From Paramecium tetraurelia (taxonomy: Eukaryota), in NCBI GenBank assembly GCA_000165425.1, contig CT868296.1, positions 434,001 through 498,000 on the forward strand: a stretch of 64,000 bases of DNA, in the 5' to 3' direction. This document shows positions 41,182 through 54,833 of this stretch, piece after piece. Position 1 is the first letter of the stretch, and every line of letters starts with the position of its first letter. Position numbers and translations under genes: made by a program. Under the pieces are notes generated by a model that was not told the origin of the DNA, did not search any database, and saw only the letters and a program-made list of their open reading frames with translations.

Positions 41182-41690
41182 AATTAATATATTTTCGATT
41201 TTATTTCTAAGAATCTCTTTATCTTGAATTCCTTATGCTCCTCCTCCTTTTATTTGGTATTATGCTCTAATCTCAAAGAATAAGATCTGTTCTTTTGTAT
41301 AACTTGTTTTTTAGGAATCCGTTAACTCCTCATTCGATATAGATTCTCTATAATATCAGCTGCTTCATTTCCGTAATTCATTTTAATGATTTTCCCAAAA
41401 GGAGTTGAGGGTCTACTCTAATAATATTGTGGTTACTTGTTCCTGAGTCCATAAACAAAGGTGTCTTCTGGCAATTTCACAGTTTTTGACTTTTTGTGAT
41501 GTGAACTGTTCCCATATTACCAATCCGATGTGATTTCCTTCATTCCAATCCCATCTCTATTAATCTTTTTACCGTATGAATAACTGGAATCAGGTAGATC
41601 TGACACTGAAGGCTTTGCTCTTCCCACATCTCCTCTTAACAATAAAATGTTATTGGTTTTATTTATCAAATAAGGCAAAATAGTTGACAT
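41178..41690 (-). CDS. CFAP77: CFAP77-like ciliary protein, 162 aa
   Basis: NILLLRGDVGRAKPSVSDLPDSSYSYGKK...W...LPEDTFVYGLRNKPSTPFGKIIKMNYG...FKIKRF; one 24-nt intron. Confidence 0.8.
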
Positions 41691-41721
41691 AAAATAATAA
41701 AAAATTTCATTCTTCTGATCA

Positions 41722-44700
41722 TCAAAAAGTATTAAATTTAAATAACTCATTAATATTGGACTTCTACTTTAAAGCATTCTCCTTATGATAACTCTCTAGA
41801 ACTACATCAATATTGTATTTTGGATAAAAAGTTTTGTATATTTCATATTTGTCAATCTCTATGGGACTCCATTGTAATTCATTGTAAATTGCAGGATGCT
41901 TAATTAATATATTATGATATATACATGTTGAGGGAAAGCAACAAAAGGAGACATCTCATAATTTAATTAAGATATTGGGTTTATCAAACTCTTTTTTGAA
42001 GGAACTTACAACATATTGTTACCCCCTGGTATTGTTAATGTATTCTATCTTTCATCCTTTTCTCTCAAATGCAATGGACTGATTATCTTCTACGAACCAT
42101 GATTGGTTCCTCCACTTTATTGAAAATTGTTATTCATATCTGATTTTAATGTAAATGTATTCAAAATTGATAACTAAGAGTGTTTTGGAGTATTATTCAT
42201 TGAGATACTACTTACACCACTTCTGTATTGAGAATATTTCTCAGATCTATTATTGCTTTATTTCATAGGCCTTAATTTTTAATCCCCTGTCTATCTCGAA
42301 GCGCCTGACACCTAATCATCAGAAAATGAGGAACTTTCATTACTCGAATCCTCAATCTGCTACTCATCTATAGTGTTATTCACATTATCCAAGGGGGGAC
42401 TTTTCTAAGAAGTTTATTCTTTGTAACCAAATCCAGCTGTGGAAGTAGTGGCTTTTGGATTCCCAGCTCTTATAAATATTTGGTCAATCTCTCTAAATTA
42501 TTGTTCTTTTAATGATTCTTATGCATCTAATCCTTAAACATTTTCAAGTGTAGACGGCCTTTATGATAATTTCTAGCTTATTAATATTTTGGATGGGTAA
42601 TTAATCGATGATTATGTGATTGTGTAATGAGATTGATTCTATTGATAATTTGTGTGATCTGTCTCTCCCAAAGACGATGCATATCCTTAATCTTCTTAAA
42701 ACTCTTAACATTTCACTTGAGTGTTCAAAGCATTAAATTTTGTATTTCCACTTTTAGTATCTCTCCTTTAAACTTATTTAATTCACATAAATACATTTAT
42801 GTCTTTTTTACTCAGCTGGTGCCAATAAATCCAAAATCACTTATTCTTTCTGTACTTCCAAATGTAATTATGGGCAGTTCTATATCAAATGATTTTATGA
42901 TTAACAATTATAACACTGAATTCCGAGAATTTCAAATTGATTCGAGAAAATAATTTCATTTGTTATAGTGTTAATAAATTCCTACAATAATTTAATGGAC
43001 ATATACTTTATCTTAATTGTTATTATTTATTGTGGCCAAGAAATTCACTCTATTAAGCTTGAAAATACAAGATTCCCCTATACTTCTCACAGTAGCACAT
43101 CTAGGGAGACCTGTTAAAAATGCAATTTGCCCAAAACATTCACGATCACTCAATATTTTAACACCGACAATGCTATTTTATGAATTCCTAAAATTGATTT
43201 CAACTTATCCATTTTTAATGATATATATAGAACAATCATCCAATTAATCTTGATTGATTATTACTTCCTCATTTCGAAAGTACTAAATTTCAATAACATT
43301 GGTTAAGTTACTTAAACTCTATCTAGACAATTAATTAAATATGTTGAAGTATTACAAATGCTTTATTTTATCTTAATAAATTAATTGTTGTCTTAAGGAT
43401 TCTTTAACCCCATAAAAATTTATCAAATAGTTTAGGTTCTTAATCCTGGCTATTGACTTTTATTAAACATGCTGCTATTAAATCTGATTCAACAGTTTTC
43501 TCACTTTTGACGTATTGATGTTTAGCGATTTTAAAAAACCCAAAAAGTCAATCATATTCTTTTTATCCTTAAAAGTTGTCTTCTACATTTATGCTAGTAA
43601 ATAAAGTTGAATTATAAATAGATATTTGATTATCGTAAATATTATCCATGTGTACAAAATAAATAATACTAATTCAATTCGTGATTCATTATTTTAATAA
43701 GCAAGATCAATACCCACCAAATAACCAAAGAACCGTAAGTAAGTGGTAATGTATTAGTGGAATTGTTCATCAATGTTGAGGGATGTAAAATCTTCAGTTA
43801 TTAATATGAGGAAGGCACAACAAAATAGATGACACTATTAGAATGCCAGCAAGACAAGTTTAATGATATTCTCATATTCCCACATATATTGAATTTAACT
43901 TATTTGCTATATGGTAATTATATTAAGGAATATCAAGCAGATGATTAAGAGTTCTTGATAAAGTTCAAATTAGAGGATTAAAGTCAGTAGAACTATGAGT
44001 ATAATTTGTAAGATATTGATTATTATATTGTGAATGCACTTTTATTTATTGATTTACAATTTATCATAAGCATCTTCTCTATATTTTGAACAATTATGGA
44101 AGCAATTTATTGTTAAAATAAGCAATTGCAAAATTTATACAAAGAAATTATCAATTCTATTTTTATTTAAGCAAAAAATGGAACTTAAAAGCAAAATCGA
44201 AAAGTTATTAATGTGAAATATATAGGTTAAATAGTGCATAATATTTAAATTCCTACTCTAAGAATATGAAAAGTTTATTTAATTTCCTTTGTTTTTTTCC
44301 TGAAGTAATTTGTTTGTGAGTTTCCCTAAATTCTTGCTACCTTTATCTTATTTGAAAAATTTAATTGATTGTAAGAAACAAAGGGACAGATCATTGAAAT
44401 TGATTTCCGTATTCGTTCTTTTAAGCAATTTAGTGTCATATGTGGAGAAACCAATTTCTTATTTGAAATCTCCAATCAAGGCTTGTTTTCTTTCATCACT
44501 TACACTTATAGGCAAGACCTCATAACCTGCTCTAATGTCTTCAGGCATTATTGTTAAATCATTTTATTAATTATCTTAGGGTTGTTGAGGTGGTATGAGT
44601 TTTACACTTCTCATCGGAACAAAGGATGCATTATTTTCATTTCCTTTTTTTGTTGTTTTCTCATTTACTTTTGATTTTTTGGTTATCACCTAAAGTATTT

Positions 44701-44728
44701 TATAGTCTGTAATCTTTTAAGAACTCAT
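41722..44728 (-). CDS. Divergent cyclic-nucleotide-binding-domain cation channel without a GYG filter
   Basis: TM block with HLFCCAFL; pore region YLRFFGYLVGID; C-linker; CNBD IYIIKNG...FGQIAFLTGLPRCATVRS; post-CNBD CPLNYCR...H motif. Confidence 0.75.
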
Positions 44729-44845
44729 ATTTATTTATTTAGGTTTAATAATAATTGAAGTTTATAAATTAAACATCATACATGATTGATAAAAATTAAC
44801 TAATTAAAATGGAGACATAAATATAGTGATGTGCTCATGCATTAT

Positions 44846-47800
44846 TCAAAATTAAAGAGCTAAATCCCATCGACTTCTTTTTTCATGAAGCACCAATAAT
44901 TTATAAATATTCTTCTTGAAAATGATCTCGAGAGGAATTAACTTCAAAAGGGACTTCGATAAGTGATATCTTTGAATTTAGTAATAAATGAATAGCAATT
45001 ATAACACTATTATTGCAAATATTGTTAAGAGGCCAATAATAATGATATTCTACTAGGAATTTAGGGTTAAATTGGATATTGCATCCGAAGACACATTCAC
45101 AAAATATTAGCAAAATTAGGCTATCTAATATTAGATTGCATCAAGTCCCCATAGTATGTAAATCATATAATTATGTTCTTCAAAGAAATTTTGAATTTTC
45201 TGAAATCTCTCTAAATTGGTCTCAGGATATTATAAACTAATATCAATTTCATAATATATCTAAGACAGTATGTAGTGTAAGTCAACTATTCCTTAATAGA
45301 AGTATGGATTCAAAACTTCATTAAACATTCTCTGTTTAAATAACTCTGAATACATATCACATCCAGTTAAAATACAAGTGTCATGTGATAAAATTTCAGT
45401 TTATTCATTTTCATTTATGGCATTAAAGGTTTTCGAATTAAATAGAAAATTTGTAAAATTCAAGTGTTAAAATTAGTTGATTTCCTAATTTAGAAGAGTG
45501 CTATTAAATTCTAATTGACTTAGTATCTAATAATCAGATTATTGATTTGGAGTTATCGTAAATGAAGAATCATTTAGTGCTAAATTATAATATGACTCAA
45601 AGACAGTCTTGACTAGGTATTAATCATATTTGTTAATTGTTGTAATTGAAATTAATCGTAGCTATTAAGAATCTATGGCTTCTTCGTTAAAAGGGTGTAC
45701 ATTCTGTGAAATGAAATTGTAATAAATTTGAAACCCCATAGCATAACATAGTCCTATGAGACAAATGAAACTCAATGTGAGTATTTAATTCAACTTTGAA
45801 AGATGATTCCGTATTACTATGTGTTTATCCTATGAATTGAAAGTCTTTACTATGGCTTACTATTAATTTTGATTCGAAAATTTTATTTGTTCATATTCCA
45901 CGAAAGGTTTTTCTTAAAGTTTCTAAAAGCTCTATTTACTTAATACAAAAGATTATCTGGTTAAAATATGTCTTAACTAATCATTTTTTCTAATAAACAG
46001 ATTCCCATCTAGAGAATCGCATTTAACAAATATATCAAAATTGAACTTGATCTATTTATTTACTCTATGATTGTAAATCATCTACGAGAGGGCAATCAAA
46101 ATAGCCATAATGTAGAAGCCAAAAAACAAATAATTAGAAAGGGAATCCAAATATTAGTTTATATAATCATTGTAGCTTTTGCAATCATCAATTTTCATTT
46201 GGAAAATTTTAACAACTTCAAAATAATTATAATGAACCAAAGACCTACTGATTTAGATTTAGTAGGGGTCTAACGAATCTGATAAATAATTGGATATATT
46301 TTGACTTTAAGTTTGTTGGGATAAATAGAATATTTAAAACATTATTTAAAAATAAGTGGTTAGTTCAGAGACTGATTAAGCTATTTTGTCCTGCAGATTT
46401 GCATTTATAATGTAGATATTTAATGAATCTTCAGAGTTTTATTAAAAGACTTTGCTATTGTGTTCATAAATGTTTATTAATCTATTCAACCCGAGATTTA
46501 AGTGATTCCAAGATGTATATAGTTTATTATATTTGCTAAAATTTAAGACTTTATCATCAATAGATAAAGCAGTGTCATTTATCAACGAATAAAAATCTTT
46601 ATAATATATTACATGTCTGGATCCACTCATTATTTAAGAGTATGCATCAAGAAAATCTAAATCTAAAGTGATAATCTAAATGCAATTTGATTACATTGAA
46701 GATTTTCTTTCAAACAGCATGAATAGTGCAATTATTATACCTACTACTAATAGGACTTGAAATGAAAAAAAGCATTCTAAATTTGACATTTGAAATGGCA
46801 ATTTAGAATTAGTCATTACTGATCGAAGAAAAGTAATTTAGAAATTAAGATTATTACTACTTCTCTTTTCTGATGTCGTAGAAGAACCTCTAATTTATTT
46901 ATGGTTAAGAAACTCCCTATTCTCAGTTTCAAATGATTAAATTGCTATTTAAGATTAATTTTATGTTTAATTATGGATCTTCTAATGCGAATTATGCTTT
47001 TACAGATTATCATCTGAATCAGACGGAAGTCTCTAAAAAGTGCATTTACTTGGTTTTTAATCAAACTCAAATTGAAGATCGACTATAAAGTATAAGAAAT
47101 CTTTTTATATACTATTAATTTAAGGATACAATATTTTGGAAATCAATGTAAGTTCTACTTGAAATGAATAAGATGTGTTCTAAGATAAAGCAAACTGTTT
47201 CTCAAATTTTATCAGATCATTTAATAAATGTCTATTTTTAATATCGAAATCCATTGCACCTTTGACTTTTTGATTTGATGCTTGCATTAAGATATCCTAA
47301 TTAGGGAGAATAAAATTCATAGTATGTTTATGAATTATTACTTCTTCATCTTATAATCTAATGTTTCTTATTTACTTGTCAGTGAAATGCTCCTGTAATT
47401 TTCCTATGAGTTCTGGAAGAATGTGAAATATTGACAAATTATCATATATTTAGCAAAATTTGATTTCACTATTTGTCAATTAGTTTATTTTGTTTTAAAT
47501 ACTTTGGCTCATACCAAAAATATTGAAATTCTTATCAATTAACATATATCCCTCCTCATTCATTGTTTAGCTATTTTTTTGAAACCCTGATTTCTTTAAT
47601 AAATGTGCAAATACATAAAAATAGTAATCACTACCTTAAATTGGAAATAAGACTGTCAAACTCATTGACACTTTCTCAATAAATTAATTTTTGTTTACTA
47701 TGAAAGTATCTTGGCTAGAATACATTTTAGTACTACGACCAAGAAACAAAAAATTATCAATTAATCCTTTATGGATTGATCTAATGTTGTAAGGAATCAA

Positions 47801-49844
47801 ATCATTTAATTTAGGTGATTCATCTGGATGTTCGTATCCAAAAAACTTTTTATAACTATCTTTAATGGAAATATTTTTGATATCAAAGTCCTCAAATGAA
47901 ACTAATTATTGTATAGTTATAGCTTAGCCACTTACATAATTTAAAATATGAAATTGATGGGATGATTAAGCTAGTTATTTTTATTCCATAATCTATAGTT
48001 TCTTAGCAAGGACCAGTTATTTATTTAGATCATCTAAACAAACAATTGAAATTAATAGTTACAATCTTATAATTAAAATGTTTTCGTATTTTCGATCCTC
48101 TCTTTAGGAAATAAAATAATTAATATCTTATTACACTAAAGAAAGCTGAAATTATATCTTTTTTAATTAAACCATAAAGTCATCGTAATTTTTTATGTTT
48201 CCATTAATGTAACAAATCCACAATTCTTTTTATAAATTAAGAGCCATCATAATGTTTTGCATATACTGAATTTCATAAAAAAAAAATAAATTTAAATCAA
48301 TTAAGGACTTAAATTCATTTTTACTAAGTAAATGTTGATTTCGATTTTATTATTCTATGTCTAATTTACTATCTAATTAGATTTATCTTGTCAAATGAAT
48401 GAAAAATTATAAGGAACTAGAGGAATTCTTCTATTACTTTTTATAACTAATGACAACATCCTAGATGTTTTTAAAAGACAAGTATTAATTACTACGATAT
48501 TTCTTTAAGAATGTGACAAACTTAATTGTTAATTGCTCAAAAATTGCAACAGGCAATTCCTTATTCATGGAAATTGCTATTAATTTCTAAAATTGATATT
48601 GCACCCAAACATAAAGAGGCTCACAATCTAAAGTTTAATTTGATGATATAAAGGTTTTCAATTACTTTTTACAAGGACAATGGATGTCATTACAAGTCTA
48701 GCAATGAACATTTAAATATCTAATGAATTGAAAATAACTTTGCTTTGTCATAGTAATAGGATGAGATATTAACACAAAATACTCCAACGTAAACTCACTC
48801 ATAGTTTGTCCAGCATTTGAACAAAATCTCAAACTCTCCTCATCAAATTGATGTTAAAAATAAGCCTAACTCAAAGTAAATATTAACTAAAATTAGAATT
48901 TTTAAATACCGGAATCATTATGCAGCTAGTTAAGAAAATAATGCCATCGTCTGAATCTGAAAACATCCAATATGATATCAATATTCCAAAAAAGATTGAA
49001 GTTATTAAAATCTATGAATAAAATATTGTTTCAGTAGTGAATCCAAAGGGCAATTATGTAAAAACATCAAACAACAAACAAAACATTATTAAGAAGTAAC
49101 ATGAATAGATTATTAAATATTCATTTTGATACATTTACTTCCAAAACGATAAAATAATTAAGAGTTAGTGTAAGAATATAGTTATAAAATTGATATGAGA
49201 AAACTTTCTTAATAATCCTGCTTACAAAAAATCATAGTTTCTAAAATAAAAAACAGACACTATTCCTGATATAGATACCAAAATAACACCAAGGAAGCTA
49301 ATTACTACATAATTCGGAGATATTTAAAATAAACATTCTGATGGTTCTATTTCTGAATGCTATATTAAATATGATTATTTTCCGCAGGTAATAATACCTA
49401 TCATGCATTCATTAAAAGGAGTCAAGAAAAACCATTAAAAATTCTAAAAATAAAATTTAACAAATCTATTAATAGGTGATGATGACGGCAGAGACTATAA
49501 ATATATTATAAAGATTTTACTTTTAAAATGATTTGAAATAATGCAATTAAAAATGTGCCCAGCATCACAATAAATACGCAGAAGTAGACAAAAATTGTCA
49601 AGGGATCATAATGAATGATTATAAGCATAAATGGAATCGACGATTATTAACTTACTTAAGCTAAAAAGTCATTTTCATAATATTATATTGCCTTGCGTTC
49701 AAACTGGCTATAAATATATCCAATTAGTTAAATGAAATAATATAAAATCTTCGCCATGTTACCATAGTCAATATTTTTCGTTCTTCTCTCAGTATTCGTC
49801 CCTATTGCAACAAAGTAAGATGTCAACTTTGAAATAAATTACAT
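44846..49844 (-). CDS. Large multi-TM protein with a degenerate PAS-like domain (about 1649 aa), paralogue B
   Basis: Colinear with 26197-31185 (GTNTERR...IDYGN, YYENDFLAQ, IIHYDP, FLDAYSQIMSGSRHV); FFGY...LNDLIPYNIRSIHKGLIDNF; introns of 26 and 23 nt at the same positions. Confidence 0.8.
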
Positions 49845-50512
49845 ATATTTATAAATAAACTAATTTTGAACAGCTAATTTAATATACAAAAATTTAAAAT
49901 CATTATCACATCCAACTTATCCTATTTTTGTATTTTATTGTGTTTTTTAATTTATCATCTGGATAAAAATAAAAGCACTGATATTTTTCACTTTGGCAAT
50001 TATTTAATATTTATGTTAAAAATATAACTAGAGTTTCGAATATAATTTCAAACTATTTTTTTTTATGTAGCTATCAAAGAAGGATTCCATTACGAATATT
50101 TAAGGTATTTGATTAATTCATAAGGCAAATGACTCTAGATAAATTAAATAAATTAATTTAATCGAGTATCACTAAAATTTGCTTGCGTTTCTAAATGAAA
50201 TTTTCCAAAAGATAGAAACTGTTAATTATTTAAATGCAATCACAATATGGGATGTCAGAATACAAAAAACTGTCTATATTATTGATAATCATTATGATAT
50301 TTTGTCAAATATTGGAATTACTGTAGCAATAAATTATGATTAAATTTTGACTTAAAATTATCACATTTATTTAACCACTTTCAGAAAAACATGTTTAAAT
50401 AAATTCGAATATTTTAGTTATTACTTCATTTTTTAATTCAAAAATTGTTATTGATCAACTAAAATTTCTTTTAAAAATTTTAAAGGAATTATATTTATAT
50501 TATAATAAATTA

Positions 50513-51031
50513 TCAATATTTTTTTAATTCTGGTATTCCTGTCCAATCAAATTATGTTCCTTTCTCCATAAATTCCTCTAATCTATTCGCTTTATGTGCT
50601 CTTTCCAAAAGATCCATTGCTTGGTTGTATTGATAAAAACCAAATTGATATTTTTCAGCCATTTCATAAAATATTTTTTCAGTATCCTAGCAAAAGTATT
50701 TACTAGTAAAATAAAAAGACATTAATGGTATTCCTATGTACTTAAAGGAAAAGACTGCTGGCCTAAATACAGGAATTCTTTAAAAATTTCTGAAGAGTGT
50801 TTTATTGGCAATAAAAACTACCAAAGGGCTTCCAAATAATGCTAAACTAGTTCTTGCTCTGTAATTGAGATAAGCAGCTGTGCATTATAAATAATCATCA
50901 TTGTTGATGAATCCAAATTGTCTATTGTATTCAAAAAAGAAGTTAAATAGTTTTGATCTATCATCAGCAATCGAATCAAACTAATCTTGTCTAAATTCTT
51001 CGAAATTGGTTAGTTTTCTCTACCTATTCAT
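50513..51031 (-). CDS. Small two-TM hypothetical protein, 172 aa
   Basis: MNRQRKLTNFEEF...LALFGSPLVVFIA...FKYIGIPLMSFYF...FDWTGIPELKKY-TGA; intronless. Confidence 0.75.
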
Positions 51032-51106
51032 TAAAATAATTAGAAAATATTATTATATTCAAAAATATTTGTGATAAACTAAGATAGTAAATAATTAGTA
51101 TAACTA

Positions 51107-53303
51107 TCAAGGTGCTTTATTGGTTTTATTATCTATTTCCAATGCTTTTGAATAGTCAGCTATGGCAAGATCCATCTCCCCAATACTAATAGAATTGAAC
51201 AAATAAATACTTATCATAACAGCATCCTCTATTAAAGTAAGCATTAGCACCTTAATCATTCTGTAAATGGATTACTTAAGAGAAATCTTCAATAGCCTAT
51301 AAAGTTTAGCATTAAATTACTTTGTGAAACTCTCCAATCCTTTCATTACAAATTCCTCTATTATAGATGGCATGAATGTTGATTGGATCTAAACTAATAG
51401 CTCTTGAATAATCGCTGATAGCTTCTTCAAATTGGCCTAATTTGGCTAGACAATATCCTCTATTATTAAGAGTCCTTGTGTTTTCCGATGAATAAATCAA
51501 TTCTTGAGAGTAGCAATATGCAGCAGTCTCAAAATCCTCCATTTTTCTAAGCACTAAACCCATATTTGAATAGATGATGGGATTCTTTGAATCCAAAGAT
51601 AGAGCTTTCTTAAAATCTTCTAAGGCCTATTCAAATTTATTCATGCTTCTCTTACAGCATCCTCGATTATGAATATAAACAGGATTTTGCGGTTCTATAT
51701 CAATAGCTTTGTTAAAGTCTATGCAGGCTTTCTCATATTCACCAATTTTATCATAAACTAAGCCTCTCCCATTATAGGCTGGAGCATAGTTGGAATCAAT
51801 CTTTAAAGAGCTAAGAGAAGATTAAATTATAAGATTACGAGTTAAAGTATTTTAAAGCATCCTCCAGTTTTTATTATCGATCCATCAAAATTCCAATATG
51901 AGTTAAAGTATTCGGATTGTTAGGCACAACATTATTAGCAATTAGATAATCTTGTTATGCTTTATCAAATTCTCCGAGCTTTTCATAACAATTAGCTCTA
52001 TTGTAATAAGCCTTAAAATGGTTTTTGTCTAATCTTAAACATTCGTTAAATTCTAAGATAGCCTCTTTTATCTAATTTTTTTTCTTCATTGCAAAACCCT
52101 TATTATGATAAAAATCTGCCTTGGATGGATCAAGTTCAATGGCTTTTGCGAAATCCTTTATAGCCAAATTGTAATCCCCTTTTTTATCATAGGAAATCCC
52201 TCTATTATAATAAGCGTATGCATTTTTTGGATCCATTTCTACTGCCTTAGTGTAATCATTAATTGCATCATTATACATTCTTAGCTTATCGAATGCAAAA
52301 CCTTGATAGATTTAATAATAAATTCATACCTCTATTAAATATGGATTTAAAATGGTTAGAATTAAACATTAGAGCCATAGTATAAAATTCAATAGCTTTA
52401 ATGAAATCTTCTTTTTTTCTAGCTTCAAATCCTTGCTGATGGAACCAATCTGATATCTTCTTATTATCTTATTTGATATGATCTGGAATCATCGAGATTA
52501 ATTGTTATTGAACGGGCTGAGAAATTTCTTTATCAATTATTTAGGAAGGACGCTAAATATGAAGTTCATTAGCATCAATGCTTGTGTAGAGAGGATTTTG
52601 ACTCATAAAACTATTTTATTATGGTTAATTTTAAATCTAGGATTAATCATTTTGTAAGTATTCCTCATCATTTTGTGGGTTCATGAGATCATCCTCTTCA
52701 GGCTGTTAATATTTATTTGTTTTTGTTTTATACTAAAATGCTTCTGTTTTAGGATAGTTATCATCTTTTTTCATTGAACTATTTCTAAGTAACGATCGTT
52801 TATTTATAGAATTAGAAAGATTAAGAGATTTTGCATTATCTTTCTCCAAGGCTCGAGTATAGTCTTCGATGGCTCCTGCGAAATCTCCCTTTAAATTAAG
52901 ACAAGAAGCACGAGCAAATGCTGCATTTACATGGTTCTCATCTAAAAGTAATACTTTGGAAAAGTCATCTATTGCAAGATCAGTTTATCCTAATTTTTCA
53001 TTGGCACATCCTTAATTTGTTAGATTTGAATACCTCTCAAATAATATCCTCCGACATTATCACCGTCTGACTCTAAGAGTTTATTACAATCTTAAATTGC
53101 AATTTCATACTCCCCTTTTTTAATATAGGCGGATGCTCGAATGTAAAGGGCTTTCTTGTGATTTGGACAGTTCTTGAGTTTCCCTGTACATATTGCTATC
53201 AGATTGTCTATGTTGATTGACTAAATTATATTTTATAATCTACAGGCCGATATTTTGGAACTTTTTGCTAGCTCGGCAATTTCGTTAGATTTGGAGCGTG
53301 CAT
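51107..53303 (-). CDS. Tetratricopeptide-repeat protein
   Basis: Many TPR units, e.g. AYYNRGISYDKKGDYNLAIKDFAKAIELDP; several micro-introns. Confidence 0.92.
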
Positions 53304-53513
53304 TAATTAAGAAAAAATTAATTAATATAAATTGTAAATTCAGGTAAAAAACATTCAATAGAAGAATCACAAAGGATATTTGTAGAAACTCACACAACAA
53401 TCAAAGAGGAATAAAAAAAGAATAAAATTCGAAATTCTTCGATTATTTATAATTAGCATTAAAATTCTCTACTTATAAAATATATATGTTATGGATTAAA
53501 AAAACCAAAATAG

Positions 53514-54680
53514 TCACACCCACTTTCTTTAAAGATTGAAGTGAAAATTCTTTTTCTTTGGCAATATATAAGGACTCTTGGGATTTGGCCCTAATTTCTT
53601 CTCAAAATCACCATATGGTTATCTTAAACTCTCCGACATGAACACATTACCTGACACTAATAATTTGTCTTTTGCTATTTCATCAAATTTGCTTGGTAAT
53701 TAATAAGATCCTTTTTAGTTGATTATAATTATAATTACCTGGCCCAATTTTTTCTGGATCTTATTCTCTTTCTTATTTTCCGAAGCGATCTTTTCCAGGT
53801 TGAATTGCAAAAGAAGACAATTCTTTCTTTACTATATAATCTGGATCAAAAACTGGGAACTTAACTTCATAATCACCAGGTCCTGGCAATAATCTATCAT
53901 TCTATTTATCTTTATCATTCAGCATCATAGCTACAATTTGTTATTATGGTGTTATCTCTCGTAATTAAGCTCCATCAGGGTAAAAACCTAATTAAATGCA
54001 GATGGTACTTGATGTAGGTCCTTTGTGCTCAGGCTTTGATAATTAATTCTAGACTTCATATTAACCAGGAGGAGGATTATCTGGCTTATTCTAGAATTAG
54101 CCTCTTAATGTTTTAGATGAGAACACATATTTAACTACGTTCGACTTCTTTGGTTGTGGCATATCATATCTAATTTATTATTATAATTATACTCTCCTGG
54201 TCCAGGGTTGATCACTTCAACCTTTTCAACGCTCTTTTATTATTATTATCTCATAAAAAATGAAGGGTTGTTAGTTGATTATGAAGAATTAAAGCTATGA
54301 TTTGAGTTATATTATCCAGGTCCAGGTCCTGAATTGACATATTTAGGGGCAAATACATTTCTCTCTTAAGAACAAGCTAATCCTCCAGTGCCTTTATTGG
54401 AAATGGATTCTGATTGTACTTTACCGAACTAATATAAACTAGAATCGTATTCTTAAGGCCCTGGATTATCAGGTAATTATTATTTAAATCTTGGTTCACT
54501 GGATCCAAATGCTTTCGTGCTTTGATCTCTATATATTATGAGTTCCAATTTTGCAGGTATTGATCCGACCGACAATTTGCTAGTGGCATCATGAACAAAT
54601 CCTTTATAGAGTTTGCTATTAGCGGAAGGCAGCTTTCCTTTTTGTCTATATGAAACTGACGATGCAGATGTAGATAACAT
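53514..54680 (-). CDS. Sperm-tail PG-rich (SHIPPO/STPG) repeat protein
   Basis: Repeats PGPQEYD, PGPGQYN, PGPGE, PPPGQYE, PGPGDYE, GPGNYN; N-terminal SIPAK; C-terminal NFHFNLQRKWV. Confidence 0.85.
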
Positions 54681-54833
54681 TAATTATAATCATTTTTTGA
54701 TAACGTTTACAAGGTTTGGTAACAATTATTCAAATTAATTGCTGTTTATCCCAAGATGCGGGATTATTTTTGGTTAGGACTTTGTAAAAAGACCAGAATC
54801 CTAAAGCTTAGTTTTAGATCTACTGAGTAATAA

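Noticed and set aside
48271..48290. 10-nt homopolymer as a possible frameshift in PAS paralogue B
   Set aside because: The frame is maintained (DLNLFFFYEIQ) and aligns with paralogue A.
2781..54680. Functional cluster of ciliary genes (DRC4, CFAP77, STPG)
   Set aside because: They are dispersed among unrelated genes, and ciliary genes are abundant in ciliate genomes, so there is no evidence of clustering.
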